A DNA stretch of 64,000 nucleotides from Eledone cirrhosa (taxonomy: Eukaryota), in assembly GCA_964016885.1 (NCBI GenBank), contig CAXHJY010000489.1, forward strand, positions 1-64,000, given 5' to 3'. A program made the position numbers and the translations under genes. Of this stretch, positions 13,471-25,998 are shown in pieces (the stretch's first letter is position 1; the number at the start of each line of letters is the position of its first letter). The notes beneath the pieces are model-generated. The model saw only the letters and a list, made by a program, of their open reading frames with translations, was not told the origin of the DNA and ran no database searches.

Positions 13471-13474
<4 letters not shown>
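10929..13474 (-). mobile_element. RTE-clade LINE, 5'-truncated and frameshifted (APE C-terminus + RT with Cys-rich insert)
   Basis: FGTRNEEG...SQVDYIL...SQHRLI (APE). YRGIKL, FVDLEKAFDRV, GVHQGSVLSP and LLYADD (RT). CSVC...CPKC..WVHKRC insert. Frameshifts at ~13040 and ~11406, and a 20-bp tandem duplication at 11060-11099. Confidence 0.92.
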
Positions 13475-13510
<36 letters not shown>

Positions 13511-13614
13511 AATGAAGTAATTCCATCGGAAAAGTCCAGGAAAAAAGAGTGCTCTATGTAAGCAACAGAGCTTAATTATTATTATTATGTAATAAACAAC
13601 ATAAGGCAATTATA

Positions 13615-13670
13615 CCATTTACCAGTGGTTTCTTAAAAGCAAAAGGTTTTGCTTTCAATCCTCAGAATGA
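13615..13670 (-). ncRNA. Hammerhead B, inverted-arm copy
   Basis: Reverse complement of 17932-17987. Confidence 0.85.
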
Positions 13671-13881
13671 AAAATCCTGGTTTGTTTATTGAATATGGAT
13701 TCTAAAAACGAAAATGCAATCTATATGAAAGTGAGGCTGGAAAAGGGAGAAGGAAAGGAAAAATAAAATAAAATAAAACTACACATGCAAACACACACAA
13801 AAAAACCCAAAAGCATACTTACACACACACACATATATACACATATAATTTGCACGCATACACATATACACATACACATAC

Positions 13882-13924
<43 letters not shown>

Positions 13925-14039
13925 TATACATACATACACATACATACACATATATATATATAAAAAGAGCGTACACCTGCACACACATACACATATATAT
14001 ACACACATATACACATACATATATTCATACATACACACG

Positions 14040-14071
<32 letters not shown>

Positions 14072-14097
14072 TACATATATATACACATGTACATATC

Positions 14098-14143
<46 letters not shown>

Positions 14144-14166
14144 CATATACACACATATACACATAT

Positions 14167-14220
<54 letters not shown>

Positions 14221-14616
14221 GTGTGTACAAGCCTACACATACACACACACATATATATACACACACATATACATACATTCACACAAACATACAACGTACA
14301 TACATACACATACATGAATGCACTCCACTACATATTAACACACGCAAATAAATATAAGAAAAAAATATATAAATAATATTAACAAATATTTGACAGCGAT
14401 ACATGCCCCAGCTAACAGGACAGACACGCGTGGTAAGTAATACACACATAAGCGCATATACATACGTTCGAAATAGTAAACACATACACACACTCTCACA
14501 CATAAATATACATATACAAATACATAAACACGTACATACACATACATACGCAAACACGTACACGTATACAATATAAACACACACATGTATATGTAATTAT
14601 ATACACACACACACAC

Positions 14617-14667
<51 letters not shown>

Positions 14668-15127
14668 CATACAAAAATATAAAAATATAAACGCACACAC
14701 ACATATAAATACGTAAACACACATATACATACATAGCTAAACAATTATACACATGCAAATACGTATATATCAAAAGAACGCACAACCAAATACAAACACA
14801 CACACATATATACACACACACACCCACACACAAACCCACACATACATAAAAATAAATAAAAACACACGCAACATATACATACATACACGTACATATACAT
14901 ATATACATACATACATATACATATATATATATATACACACATATATACACAAATATACATATATATATATATATACACACGTACACGCACACATACACAC
15001 ATGCATACACATACACACACACATATACATGTGTGTATGTGTAAAGCTCAGTATTAGATAAGACAAATGAACCTTACATAAACGTATATATAGTAGTAAA
15101 GTAATAAAGCCATACAAGGCAATTAAT

Positions 15128-15183
15128 CCATTCACCAGAGGTTTCTTAAAAGCAAAAAAAGTTTCCTTCAATCTTCAGAATGA
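15128..15183 (-). ncRNA. Hammerhead A, inverted-arm copy
   Basis: Reverse complement of 16419-16474. Confidence 0.7.
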
Positions 15184-15594
15184 AATATACAAAAATATAC
15201 ACACATACAGACACACACACACACACACACACACATACATATATATATATATGTACATATATATACATATATATATATATACAGACATATATACACACAT
15301 ACACACACATACACACATATACATACATACATACACACACATATACATACACAAACATATACGTACACATATACATATATACACACAAAAATACATACAC
15401 ATACACATAGGTATGTGAAGGGCAAAACAAAAAGAATATATGGGGTGGGGGGCCTAGAGGAGGTAAAAATATAAAGGGAGGTAAGGGAGAAAAAAATATT
15501 TTTTAAATACAAGAGTACAGAAGGTAGAAGCAGCAAAATAAAAGCCGTAGCAAAAGTAAAGAAAAGAGCAGAGAAGGAGTTCAAGGCGGTTGAT

Positions 15595-16015
15595 AAAATC
15601 TGTCGTTTATGAGGCTAAAATAACGCCAGTTATCAACAACCAGCCAGCCAGAAGCGAGCGATATGTCGGTATGACCCAGGACAGGTTTAAAACCAGATTT
15701 TACTCACATGTCGCTTCTTTTAAACACTCAGATAAACGAACATCAACGGCCCTCGCAAGTAAGGTATGGGATCTCAAGGATAGTAATATCCCGTACTCTA
15801 TTGATTGGTCTATATTAGACCATTCGAGGGAGTACCAAAGGGGCACAAAGAATTGTTCTTTGTGTACCACAGAAAAGTATAGGATTTTGCTAAACTTGAG
15901 AGACACTTCCGCTTGCCTTAACTCTAAGACTGAGATCTTCAGATGCTGTCCTCATCTGAAATCGCATCTGATCTGTAACTGGATTGACACTCCTACGATA
16001 AATCAACCGCCTTGA
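15595..16015 (+). pseudogene. Duplicated GIY-YIG portion of the PLE3 ORF within the pseudo-LTR
   Basis: Identical to 19921-20341. Confidence 0.93.
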
Positions 16016-16360
16016 ACTCCTTCTCTGCTCTTTTCTTTACTTTTGCTACGGCTTTTATTTTGCTGCTTCTACCTTCTGTACTCTTGTATTTAAAAAATAT
16101 TTTTTTCTCCCTTACCTCCCTTTATATTTTTACCTCCTCTAGGCCCCCCACCCCATATATTCTTTTTGTTTTGCCCTTCACATACCTATGTGTATGTGTA
16201 TGTATTTTTGTGTGTATATATGTATATGTGTACGTATATGTTTGTGTATGTATATGTGTGTGTATGTATGTATGTATATGTGTGTATGTGTGTGTATGTG
16301 TGTATATATGTCTGTATATATATATATATGTATATATATGTACATATATATATATATGTA

Positions 16361-16391
<31 letters not shown>

Positions 16392-16418
16392 CTGTATGTG
16401 TGTATATTTTTGTATATT

Positions 16419-16474
16419 TCATTCTGAAGATTGAAGGAAACTTTTTTTGCTTTTAAGAAACCTCTGGTGAATGG
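16419..16474 (+). ncRNA. Paralogous hammerhead A (PLE3, non-canonical GUG site)
   Basis: TCATT CTGAAGA ttgaagg...gcttttaa GAAA CC-TCT-GG TG AATGG. Confidence 0.7.
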
Positions 16475-16934
16475 ATTAATTGCCTTGTATGGCTTTATTA
16501 CTTTACTACTATATATACGTTTATGTAAGGTTCATTTGTCTTATCTAATACTGAGCTTTACACATACACACATGTATATGTGTGTGTGTATGTGTATGCA
16601 TGTGTGTATGTGTGCGTGTACGTGTGTATATATATATATATATGTATATTTGTGTATATATGTGTGTATATATATATATATGTATATGTATGTATGTATA
16701 TATGTATATGTACGTGTATGTATGTATATGTTGCGTGTGTTTTTATTTATTTTTATGTATGTGTGGGTTTGTGTGTGGGTGTGTGTGTGTATATATGTGT
16801 GTGTGTTTGTATTTGGTTGTGCGTTCTTTTGATATATACGTATTTGCATGTGTATAATTGTTTAGCTATGTATGTATATGTGTGTTTACGTATTTATATG
16901 TGTGTGTGCGTTTATATTTTTATATTTTTGTATG

Positions 16935-16985
<51 letters not shown>

Positions 16986-17381
16986 GTGTGTGTGTGTGTA
17001 TATAATTACATATACATGTGTGTGTTTATATTGTATACGTGTACGTGTTTGCGTATGTATGTGTATGTACGTGTTTATGTATTTGTATATGTATATTTAT
17101 GTGTGAGAGTGTGTGTATGTGTTTACTATTTCGAACGTATGTATATGCGCTTATGTGTGTATTACTTACCACGCGTGTCTGTCCTGTTAGCTGGGGCATG
17201 TATCGCTGTCAAATATTTGTTAATATTATTTATATATTTTTTTCTTATATTTATTTGCGTGTGTTAATATGTAGTGGAGTGCATTCATGTATGTGTATGT
17301 ATGTACGTTGTATGTTTGTGTGAATGTATGTATATGTGTGTGTATATATATGTGTGTGTGTATGTGTAGGCTTGTACACAC

Positions 17382-17435
<54 letters not shown>

Positions 17436-17458
17436 ATATGTGTATATGTGTGTATATG

Positions 17459-17504
<46 letters not shown>

Positions 17505-17530
17505 GATATGTACATGTGTATATATATGTA

Positions 17531-17562
<32 letters not shown>

Positions 17563-17677
17563 CGTGTGTATGTATGAATATATGTATGTGTATATGTGTG
17601 TATATATATGTGTATGTGTGTGCAGGTGTACGCTCTTTTTATATATATATATGTGTATGTATGTGTATGTATGTATA

Positions 17678-17720
<43 letters not shown>

Positions 17721-17931
17721 GTATGTGTATGTGTATATGTGTATGCGTGCAAATTATATGTGTATATATGTGTGTGTGTGTAAGTATGCTTTTGGGTTTT
17801 TTTGTGTGTGTTTGCATGTGTAGTTTTATTTTATTTTATTTTTCCTTTCCTTCTCCCTTTTCCAGCCTCACTTTCATATAGATTGCATTTTCGTTTTTAG
17901 AATCCATATTCAATAAACAAACCAGGATTTT

Positions 17932-17987
17932 TCATTCTGAGGATTGAAAGCAAAACCTTTTGCTTTTAAGAAACCACTGGTAAATGG
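17932..17987 (+). ncRNA. Minimal hammerhead ribozyme B (PLE3, GUA site)
   Basis: TCATT CTGAGGA ttgaaagcaaaa-cc-ttttgcttttaa GAAA CC-ACT-GG TA AATGG. ACCACTGGT is quasi-palindromic. Predicted cleavage after A17982. Confidence 0.85.
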
Positions 17988-18208
17988 TATAATTGCCTTA
18001 TGTTGTTTATTACATAATAATAATAATTAAGCTCTGTTGCTTACATAGAGCACTCTTTTTTCCTGGACTTTTCCGATGGAATTACTTCATTTATACAGCT
18101 CCAACCGGGATTGATCGCAGCATATTCGATATTACATATACGATTGGCACTTTCCAGCCCGATTAGTTGAGCACTCTACAGTTTTCAGGAATTTAACCAA
18201 CATACACC

Positions 18209-20341
18209 ATGGACCTTTATGATTTGGATTATTCTATCAAAAACATACCCACTCCTTCCAACACAACATACACCAAAATCCTCATTGATAAAATCGAGCA
18301 AGTCGTTAAAAGAATGAGATGGAAGGCAATGGTTTACGATGGACTATTCAGTGCTGATACTAAAGATAATTTTGACATTAAATCCCGTAAATATCCACCT
18401 AGAATTAAAGACATGGCCAACTTCGAATTAGACCTCGTTAATCTAATTAGTGATATCAAATTTCGTAAGTACAATAATAATTTTCAAACTAAACTTTCTC
18501 ACGATATCTCTAATTTTAGAAATTCTACAAACACTTTTGTTCTTTCTGATAAAACCAAAAACCTCTTTGAAGTTAATAGTAATTTGTATAACCAACTTTT
18601 AACTAATAGTATTACCAATAAATATCAATTAACTAATAATAATAGCTACAATACTATCAATAAAGAAGCTAAAGAACTAGCTAGTTCTTTACAAATAGAT
18701 AACCGGATTGAAAGCTTAGCTAAGCGTAAAGCATATATTACCCTTAAAGACCATAAATTGGACTTTACTAATCGACCTAGTTGTAGACTGATTAACCCGG
18801 CTAAATCCGAGGTTGGCCTTGCTAGTAAGAAAATCTTAAGAAAAATAATTATCCAAATTAGAACTAACACTGTCCTTTCACAGTGGCTAAATACTTCCTC
18901 TGTTATTTCTTGGTTCAATAGTATACAAGGTAAAAATAAGTGTAGATTTACGCAATTTGATATTGTCGATTTTTACCCTTCTATTACCGTTTCCTTATTA
19001 ACTAAAGCCTTAGATTTTGCAAGACCCTTCATTAATATCTCAAAATTAGAAGAGGACATTATCTTTCATGCCAGAAAAACTTTACTTTTTACTAATGATA
19101 AGATTTGGGTTAAAAAGTCAAACCCTGAAAACTCTTTCGATGTTGCAATGGGTTCTTATGACAGTGCGGATGTGTGCGACTTAGTAGGATTATTCCTTCT
19201 CCACACACTCAAAGAGAAATTTCCGTCCCATAATATCGGTTTATACCGTGATGACGGATTAGCAGTTTCTCATACCACCAATGGCCATAATCTTGATAAA
19301 TTCCGTAAAGATTTAATTAGTACCTTTGCTAATCTTAACCTTAAAATTACTATAGATACGAACCTTACTAATGCTAACTTCCTTGATATTAATCTTGATC
19401 TACTTACTGCCTCTTTTAAACCCTATCATAAACCTAATGAAAATCTTAGGTATATACACAAAGAGTCTTGCCATCCCCCTATAGTTTTTAAAAATCTTAT
19501 TCCTAACATTAGCCGTAGGATTTCTACTTTATCTTCGTCTATAGACATTTTTAATAAAGCCGCCCCTTATTATAATAAAGCCCTTAAGAACAGCGGTTTT
19601 ACAGAAAATATTTCTTATTTACCTATTCCCCCCCCTAAAACTAACCATAATAACAGGAAAAGGAAGATTATTTGGTTCACACCCCCCTTCTCTCAAAATG
19701 TCAAAACTAATGTAGGAAGGAAATTCCTTGAACTATTAGACAAACATTTTCCTCCTATTCATAGATATTATAAGATTTTTAATAGGAATGTAGTTAAGAT
19801 CAGCTACTCTTGTTGTCCATCCATGAAATCCAAAATCACCAGTTCAAACCGTACGAGGATAAATCCAGGATGCAGTTGCAGGAAGCCGGATGAATGCCCA
19901 TTGCAGGGTAAATGTAAAACAAAATCTGTCGTTTATGAGGCTAAAATAACGCCAGTTATCAACAACCAGCCAGCCAGAAGCGAGCGATATGTCGGTATGA
20001 CCCAGGACAGGTTTAAAACCAGATTTTACTCACATGTCGCTTCTTTTAAACACTCAGATAAACGAACATCAACGGCCCTCGCAAGTAAGGTATGGGATCT
20101 CAAGGATAGTAATATCCCGTACTCTATTGATTGGTCTATATTAGACCATTCGAGGGAGTACCAAAGGGGCACAAAGAATTGTTCTTTGTGTACCACAGAA
20201 AAGTATAGGATTTTGCTAAACTTGAGAGACACTTCCGCTTGCCTTAACTCTAAGACTGAGATCTTCAGATGCTGTCCTCATCTGAAATCGCATCTGATCT
20301 GTAACTGGATTGACACTCCTACGATAAATCAACCGCCTTGA
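18209..20341 (+). CDS. Penelope-like reverse transcriptase + C-terminal GIY-YIG endonuclease, 710 aa, intact
   Basis: ATG in a CACCATGG context. Motifs: SDKT, RLINP, QFDIVDFYPSI, GSYDSADVCDL, YRDD, NFLDI, CSCRKPDECPLQGKC, VVYE...YVGMT...FKTRF, CSLC. Confidence 0.95.
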   Translation: MDLYDLDYSIKNIPTPSNTTYTKILIDKIEQVVKRMRWKAMVYDGLFSADTKDNFDIKSRKYPPRIKDMANFELDLVNLISDIKFRKYNNNFQTKLSHDISNFRNSTNTFVLSDKTKNLFEVNSNLYNQLLTNSITNKYQLTNNNSYNTINKEAKELASSLQIDNRIESLAKRKAYITLKDHKLDFTNRPSCRLINPAKSEVGLASKKILRKIIIQIRTNTVLSQWLNTSSVISWFNSIQGKNKCRFTQFDIVDFYPSITVSLLTKALDFARPFINISKLEEDIIFHARKTLLFTNDKIWVKKSNPENSFDVAMGSYDSADVCDLVGLFLLHTLKEKFPSHNIGLYRDDGLAVSHTTNGHNLDKFRKDLISTFANLNLKITIDTNLTNANFLDINLDLLTASFKPYHKPNENLRYIHKESCHPPIVFKNLIPNISRRISTLSSSIDIFNKAAPYYNKALKNSGFTENISYLPIPPPKTNHNNRKRKIIWFTPPFSQNVKTNVGRKFLELLDKHFPPIHRYYKIFNRNVVKISYSCCPSMKSKITSSNRTRINPGCSCRKPDECPLQGKCKTKSVVYEAKITPVINNQPARSERYVGMTQDRFKTRFYSHVASFKHSDKRTSTALASKVWDLKDSNIPYSIDWSILDHSREYQRGTKNCSLCTTEKYRILLNLRDTSACLNSKTEIFRCCPHLKSHLICNWIDTPTINQPP

Positions 20342-20686
20342 ACTCCTTCTCTGCTCTTTTCTTTACTTTTGCTACGGCTTTTATTTTGCTGCTTCTACCT
20401 TCTGTACTCTTGTATTTAAAAAATATTTTTTTCTCCCTTACCTCCCTTTATATTTTTACCTCCTCTAGGCCCCCCACCCCATATATTCTTTTTGTTTTGC
20501 CCTTCACATACCTATGTGTATGTGTATGTATTTTTGTGTGTATATATGTATATGTGTACGTATATGTTTGTGTATGTATATGTGTGTGTATGTATGTATG
20601 TATATGTGTGTATGTGTGTGTATGTGTGTATATATGTCTGTATATATATATATATGTATATATATGTACATATATATATATATGTA

Positions 20687-20717
<31 letters not shown>

Positions 20718-20744
20718 CTGTATGTGTGTATATTTTTGTATATT

Positions 20745-20800
20745 TCATTCTGAAGATTGAAGGAAACTTTTTTTGCTTTTAAGAAACCTCTGGTGAATGG
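20745..20800 (+). ncRNA. Hammerhead A, second copy
   Basis: Identical to 16419-16474. Confidence 0.7.
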
Positions 20801-21260
20801 ATTAATTGCCTTGTATGGCTTTATTACTTTACTACTATATATACGTTTATGTAAGGTTCATTTGTCTTATCTAATACTGAGCTTTACACATACACACATG
20901 TATATGTGTGTGTGTATGTGTATGCATGTGTGTATGTGTGCGTGTACGTGTGTATATATATATATATATGTATATTTGTGTATATATGTGTGTATATATA
21001 TATATATGTATATGTATGTATGTATATATGTATATGTACGTGTATGTATGTATATGTTGCGTGTGTTTTTATTTATTTTTATGTATGTGTGGGTTTGTGT
21101 GTGGGTGTGTGTGTGTATATATGTGTGTGTGTTTGTATTTGGTTGTGCGTTCTTTTGATATATACGTATTTGCATGTGTATAATTGTTTAGCTATGTATG
21201 TATATGTGTGTTTACGTATTTATATGTGTGTGTGCGTTTATATTTTTATATTTTTGTATG

Positions 21261-21311
<51 letters not shown>

Positions 21312-21707
21312 GTGTGTGTGTGTGTATATAATTACATATACATGTGTGTGTTTATATTGTATACGTGTACGTGTTTGCGTATGTATGTGTATGTACGTGT
21401 TTATGTATTTGTATATGTATATTTATGTGTGAGAGTGTGTGTATGTGTTTACTATTTCGAACGTATGTATATGCGCTTATGTGTGTATTACTTACCACGC
21501 GTGTCTGTCCTGTTAGCTGGGGCATGTATCGCTGTCAAATATTTGTTAATATTATTTATATATTTTTTTCTTATATTTATTTGCGTGTGTTAATATGTAG
21601 TGGAGTGCATTCATGTATGTGTATGTATGTACGTTGTATGTTTGTGTGAATGTATGTATATGTGTGTGTATATATATGTGTGTGTGTATGTGTAGGCTTG
21701 TACACAC

Positions 21708-21767
<60 letters not shown>

Positions 21768-21790
21768 ATATGTGTATATGTGTGTATATG

Positions 21791-21836
<46 letters not shown>

Positions 21837-21862
21837 GATATGTACATGTGTATATATATGTA

Positions 21863-21894
<32 letters not shown>

Positions 21895-22009
21895 CGTGTG
21901 TATGTATGAATATATGTATGTGTATATGTGTGTATATATATGTGTATGTGTGTGCAGGTGTACGCTCTTTTTATATATATATATGTGTATGTATGTGTAT
22001 GTATGTATA

Positions 22010-22052
<43 letters not shown>

Positions 22053-22263
22053 GTATGTGTATGTGTATATGTGTATGCGTGCAAATTATATGTGTATATA
22101 TGTGTGTGTGTGTAAGTATGCTTTTGGGTTTTTTTGTGTGTGTTTGCATGTGTAGTTTTATTTTATTTTATTTTTCCTTTCCTTCTCCCTTTTCCAGCCT
22201 CACTTTCATATAGATTGCATTTTCGTTTTTAGAATCCATATTCAATAAACAAACCAGGATTTT

Positions 22264-22319
22264 TCATTCTGAGGATTGAAAGCAAAACCTTTTGCTTTTA
22301 AGAAACCACTGGTAAATGG
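22264..22319 (+). ncRNA. Hammerhead B, 3' copy
   Basis: Identical to 17932-17987. Confidence 0.85.
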
Positions 22320-22347
22320 TATAATTGCCTTATGTTGTTTATTACAT

Positions 22348-22390
<43 letters not shown>

Positions 22391-22394
<4 letters not shown>

Positions 22395-24054
22395 CAGGTT
22401 CAATAAATATGTAGAGGATCCAGTAGAGGATCCGGTGGACCATCCACCATAGGGACCACAAACTATGGGTGGTTGTTATTGTCCATTGGTCATCGGTTCG
22501 GGGTGTAGGGGACCTACAGGGGGTGGGGGCGTTGTGGGAAGCCTTAACTGGGGTTTGTCCATATAGCTTGAGGAAAGTTCCCGTCCTTAGGTGTCTGCAG
22601 ACACCGAATAAGTCGGCCCTTCTGTTTAATAGCTTGGTTCCGCCATGAAGTATCTCGAGTGTCTCACTAAGACAGCGGTTGCAAATATCAGACCCACCTC
22701 TGTCTGGGGGAACCTTTCTAACCACAGATCAGACCAGAGAGTGCGGGGTCTTTTCAAGTTTGAGCTTCCAGATCAATTCAAAATGGCCGTACATTTTCTC
22801 TTATCTATTCTGTTAAAGAAATGGCGATGGTTATACCACCGATCTTTGAAGCTCGTCGCTGTGGATCCTATGTAGTGATGCTCTGAGTTAGGGGTTGTGA
22901 TCTTGCACCTGTAGACTACGTTTTTCGTCATGCATTCATTACTAAGGATGCATAGTGATGGGTCTCTGCAATTACATGACTTCTTAAGCCCACCACATGT
23001 ACCACGTGGTTACCATCACTCAGGGTTGGCTGGGTAGCCTCCACAATCAGCACAGGGTCGTTGGGTTCAGGTGTGCTAGTTGGGCCTGTCTGGGTTCCGG
23101 TGCGTCCCGGATGCTGGTTCTGTTGGGTTGTTCCGGGGTTTAAAGTTGTATTAGAGGCAGTGAGCCTATTCCTATTTATGCCAGCTATGTGCTGGGCTAC
23201 GGAGCGTGTGGTTGAGGAGGAAAGTTTCACCGTGTGCCTGTTGAATATTTTACGGTACTTGTGGGCCCTAGAGAAACATTTATCCAGTACTCTAAAGAAT
23301 GTTCTAGCCAGGCTGGTACGTAGACCCACCGAGCATGGAGGGTTATACCATGTGACCTTCCTGGTCCTATTCTTGCTGGGTTGTTGGGTGTCCACCGTGG
23401 TCCATCGCGTGGTTGTGCACAGCTCAGGTCGAGCTCGGTTGGTGTCGCTCAGGTGTACGGAGCGGTCACTATTATGAGGGTTATATGGGTCCACCGTGGG
23501 GCTATAAACCTGCGAGGTGCGGCCTCCTGCTGAATTAGGGTTCGGCAGGTGGTGGGGCCGGTACAAAGGTGCCTATGCTCCGCAGCACAGTGGTCTTCAG
23601 CTTTGTAGGTATTAGACCGGTGGGGTATGCGGGACCTTCTACCGAGGGTGGTGACGGATAGGGGTCTGGGAGTGTCACCGAGGTATTAGGTGAGCGACTC
23701 ATGCCCCTGAGGGTATTGGTCCGGGGTACCCTTGGGTCATCTCGATCATGTCCTTTAGGGTTGTAGCTGATCCTATGGCTGTGGGACGCCTTAGCTAGCG
23801 CTGAGTTATAGTAATCAGCGTTACTATTGAAGATCTCTTTATTTGCCGACAAGTTAGAGATCCTGTCAGAGACACTCTTAACTACGGCCTTAACTATTGA
23901 TCTAGGGTGATTAGACCCAGCGTTGATATACACCAGCTTCTCATTGAGTTTATGATATGGGTGGTGTAGCTTGGTGTTGAGGTTGAGGGTGGTGTCCAGA
24001 AAATTCACTGCTTTTCTATTGGGTTCCATCTCTACTTTAAGTCCTACCTTGCTA

Positions 24055-24058
<4 letters not shown>
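22391..24058 (-). mobile_element. PLE family 4, GC-richer, 5'-truncated and frameshifted
   Basis: VNFLDTTLNL...HPYHKLNE, RKVTWYNPP, CNCRDPSLCILSNEC, VVYRC...YIGSTATSFKDRW and CNRC occur in different frames. Confidence 0.9.
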
Positions 24059-24092
<34 letters not shown>

Positions 24093-24621
24093 TATATATA
24101 TATATAATATATATATATATCATATATATATATATAATATATATATATATCATATATATATATATAATATATATATATATAATATATATATATATCATAT
24201 ATATATATATAATATATATATATATCATATATATATATATAATATATATATATATCATATATATATATATAATATATATATATATCATATATATATATAT
24301 AATATATATATATATCATATATATATATATAATATATATATATATAATATATATATATATATCATATATATATATATCATATATATATATATAATATATA
24401 TATATATAATATATATATATATATCATATATATATATATCATATATATATATATAATATATATATATATATATCATATATATATATCATATATATATATA
24501 TAATATATATATATATAATATATATATATATATCATATATATATATATCATATATATATATATAATATATATATATATATATCATATATATATATATAAT
24601 ATATATATATATATATCATAT

Positions 24622-24654
<33 letters not shown>

Positions 24655-24660
24655 TATATA
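24059..24660. repeat. Interrupted (TA)n array with ~15/30-bp periodicity
   Basis: Alternating ...atcatat... and ...ataatat... interruptions. Confidence 0.95.
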
Positions 24661-25054
24661 TACACATATATATATTATATATACACATATATACACACAA
24701 AAGAAAAAAAAGGACAACTTAACATGCACACGCACATCCACACATCTACATACAAATACCCACGCATAGGCCGATATACATACATCTACACATGCGTACG
24801 CATACATGCTGGCGCATGGATACACCTGCACGCATGCACATCTGCCTACACACACAGAAGTGCCACCACATATACATTTACATATATAAACACACCTGTA
24901 AGTGAACAGTTGAAAATACATTATGCAATAAAAAACAGTATAATAACATAAAACAGTATAATAACATAAAGCAGTATAATAACATAAGAAAAATATACAA
25001 TGAAATATAATATACAATGTGGTATTCATATACATACACACACACACACATAGG

Positions 25055-25097
<43 letters not shown>

Positions 25098-25998
25098 CTA
25101 TTATACATATATACACACACACATATATACGCACCTGCGTATATATATACACACATACACAGACGCACACGTACACAGACTCATACGTACATATACGCAT
25201 ATATACGGGTATGTATAGAGGATATGTGATAAAATAATACAACATGAATAATAATAACAATGAAAAAAACATATATAGTCCATATATAAACATCCACACA
25301 CATTCCCAAGAGATGCACATAAACACATACATGTATGCACAAATACATATACACACATATAGAGGCCCGTAAATGCATGCACCTGCACCCACATACACAT
25401 CCACATATATACATCCATACACATCCACACATATATACGCACACTTACCCGCCCGCACACACACACACCTATTCATATGTGGCTATACGTACTTACTCAC
25501 TCATACACATATAGACATATATATATATATATATACATATATATGCTCATATATAGACACACGTATACACACACCCCCACACACACATACACCCACATTC
25601 CACCACATATGTATATATATGCACATGTCTGCACATACAGGCGCGCATAAGCTCGTGCACCCACGCACCCATGTCCATACACACACCCCAACACCCACCC
25701 ACGCATATATATATATACACATACATACGCATCTACACGCACACACACGCACATATACCCACACACATGTGTACACACAAAAAAACGCGTGAACATGAAC
25801 ACAATATGATAATAAAATAAAATACGTAAATAAATTTACAATATTTTAGGGTACATTAAATCTGTATGTAACTGCATAAAGGTACAGGAAAAGAAAAGGT
25901 AAAATGAAAAAAAAAAAGAAAAACAAAGAAAAAAACCGGGGGGGGGGGGGGTATATGAGAAGGTGCGTTCGTTCATGTGACGTATTACACACAGGCAT
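24661..25998 (-). repeat. Degenerate TG/TA-rich low-complexity region resembling PLE 3' UTRs
   Basis: Minus strand: poly-C, a pyrimidine tract, then mixed TG/TA repeats. An 18-bp unit occurs three times at ~24932-24986. Confidence 0.55.

Larger units (their letters stand above)
13511..22353 (+). mobile_element. PLE family 3, young intact insertion: inverted arm 13511-15594, direct pseudo-LTR 15595-18091, full ORF and 3' UTR
   Basis: 15595 onward repeats 19921 onward (offset 4326). 13511-15594 is the reverse complement of 16002-18091. The copies differ visibly only in microsatellite length. Both flanks are (TA)n. Confidence 0.96.

Noticed and set aside
22391-22500. Hammerhead at the PLE4 3' end (CCGATGA on the minus strand)
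   Set aside because: No GAAA or NUH arrangement was found.
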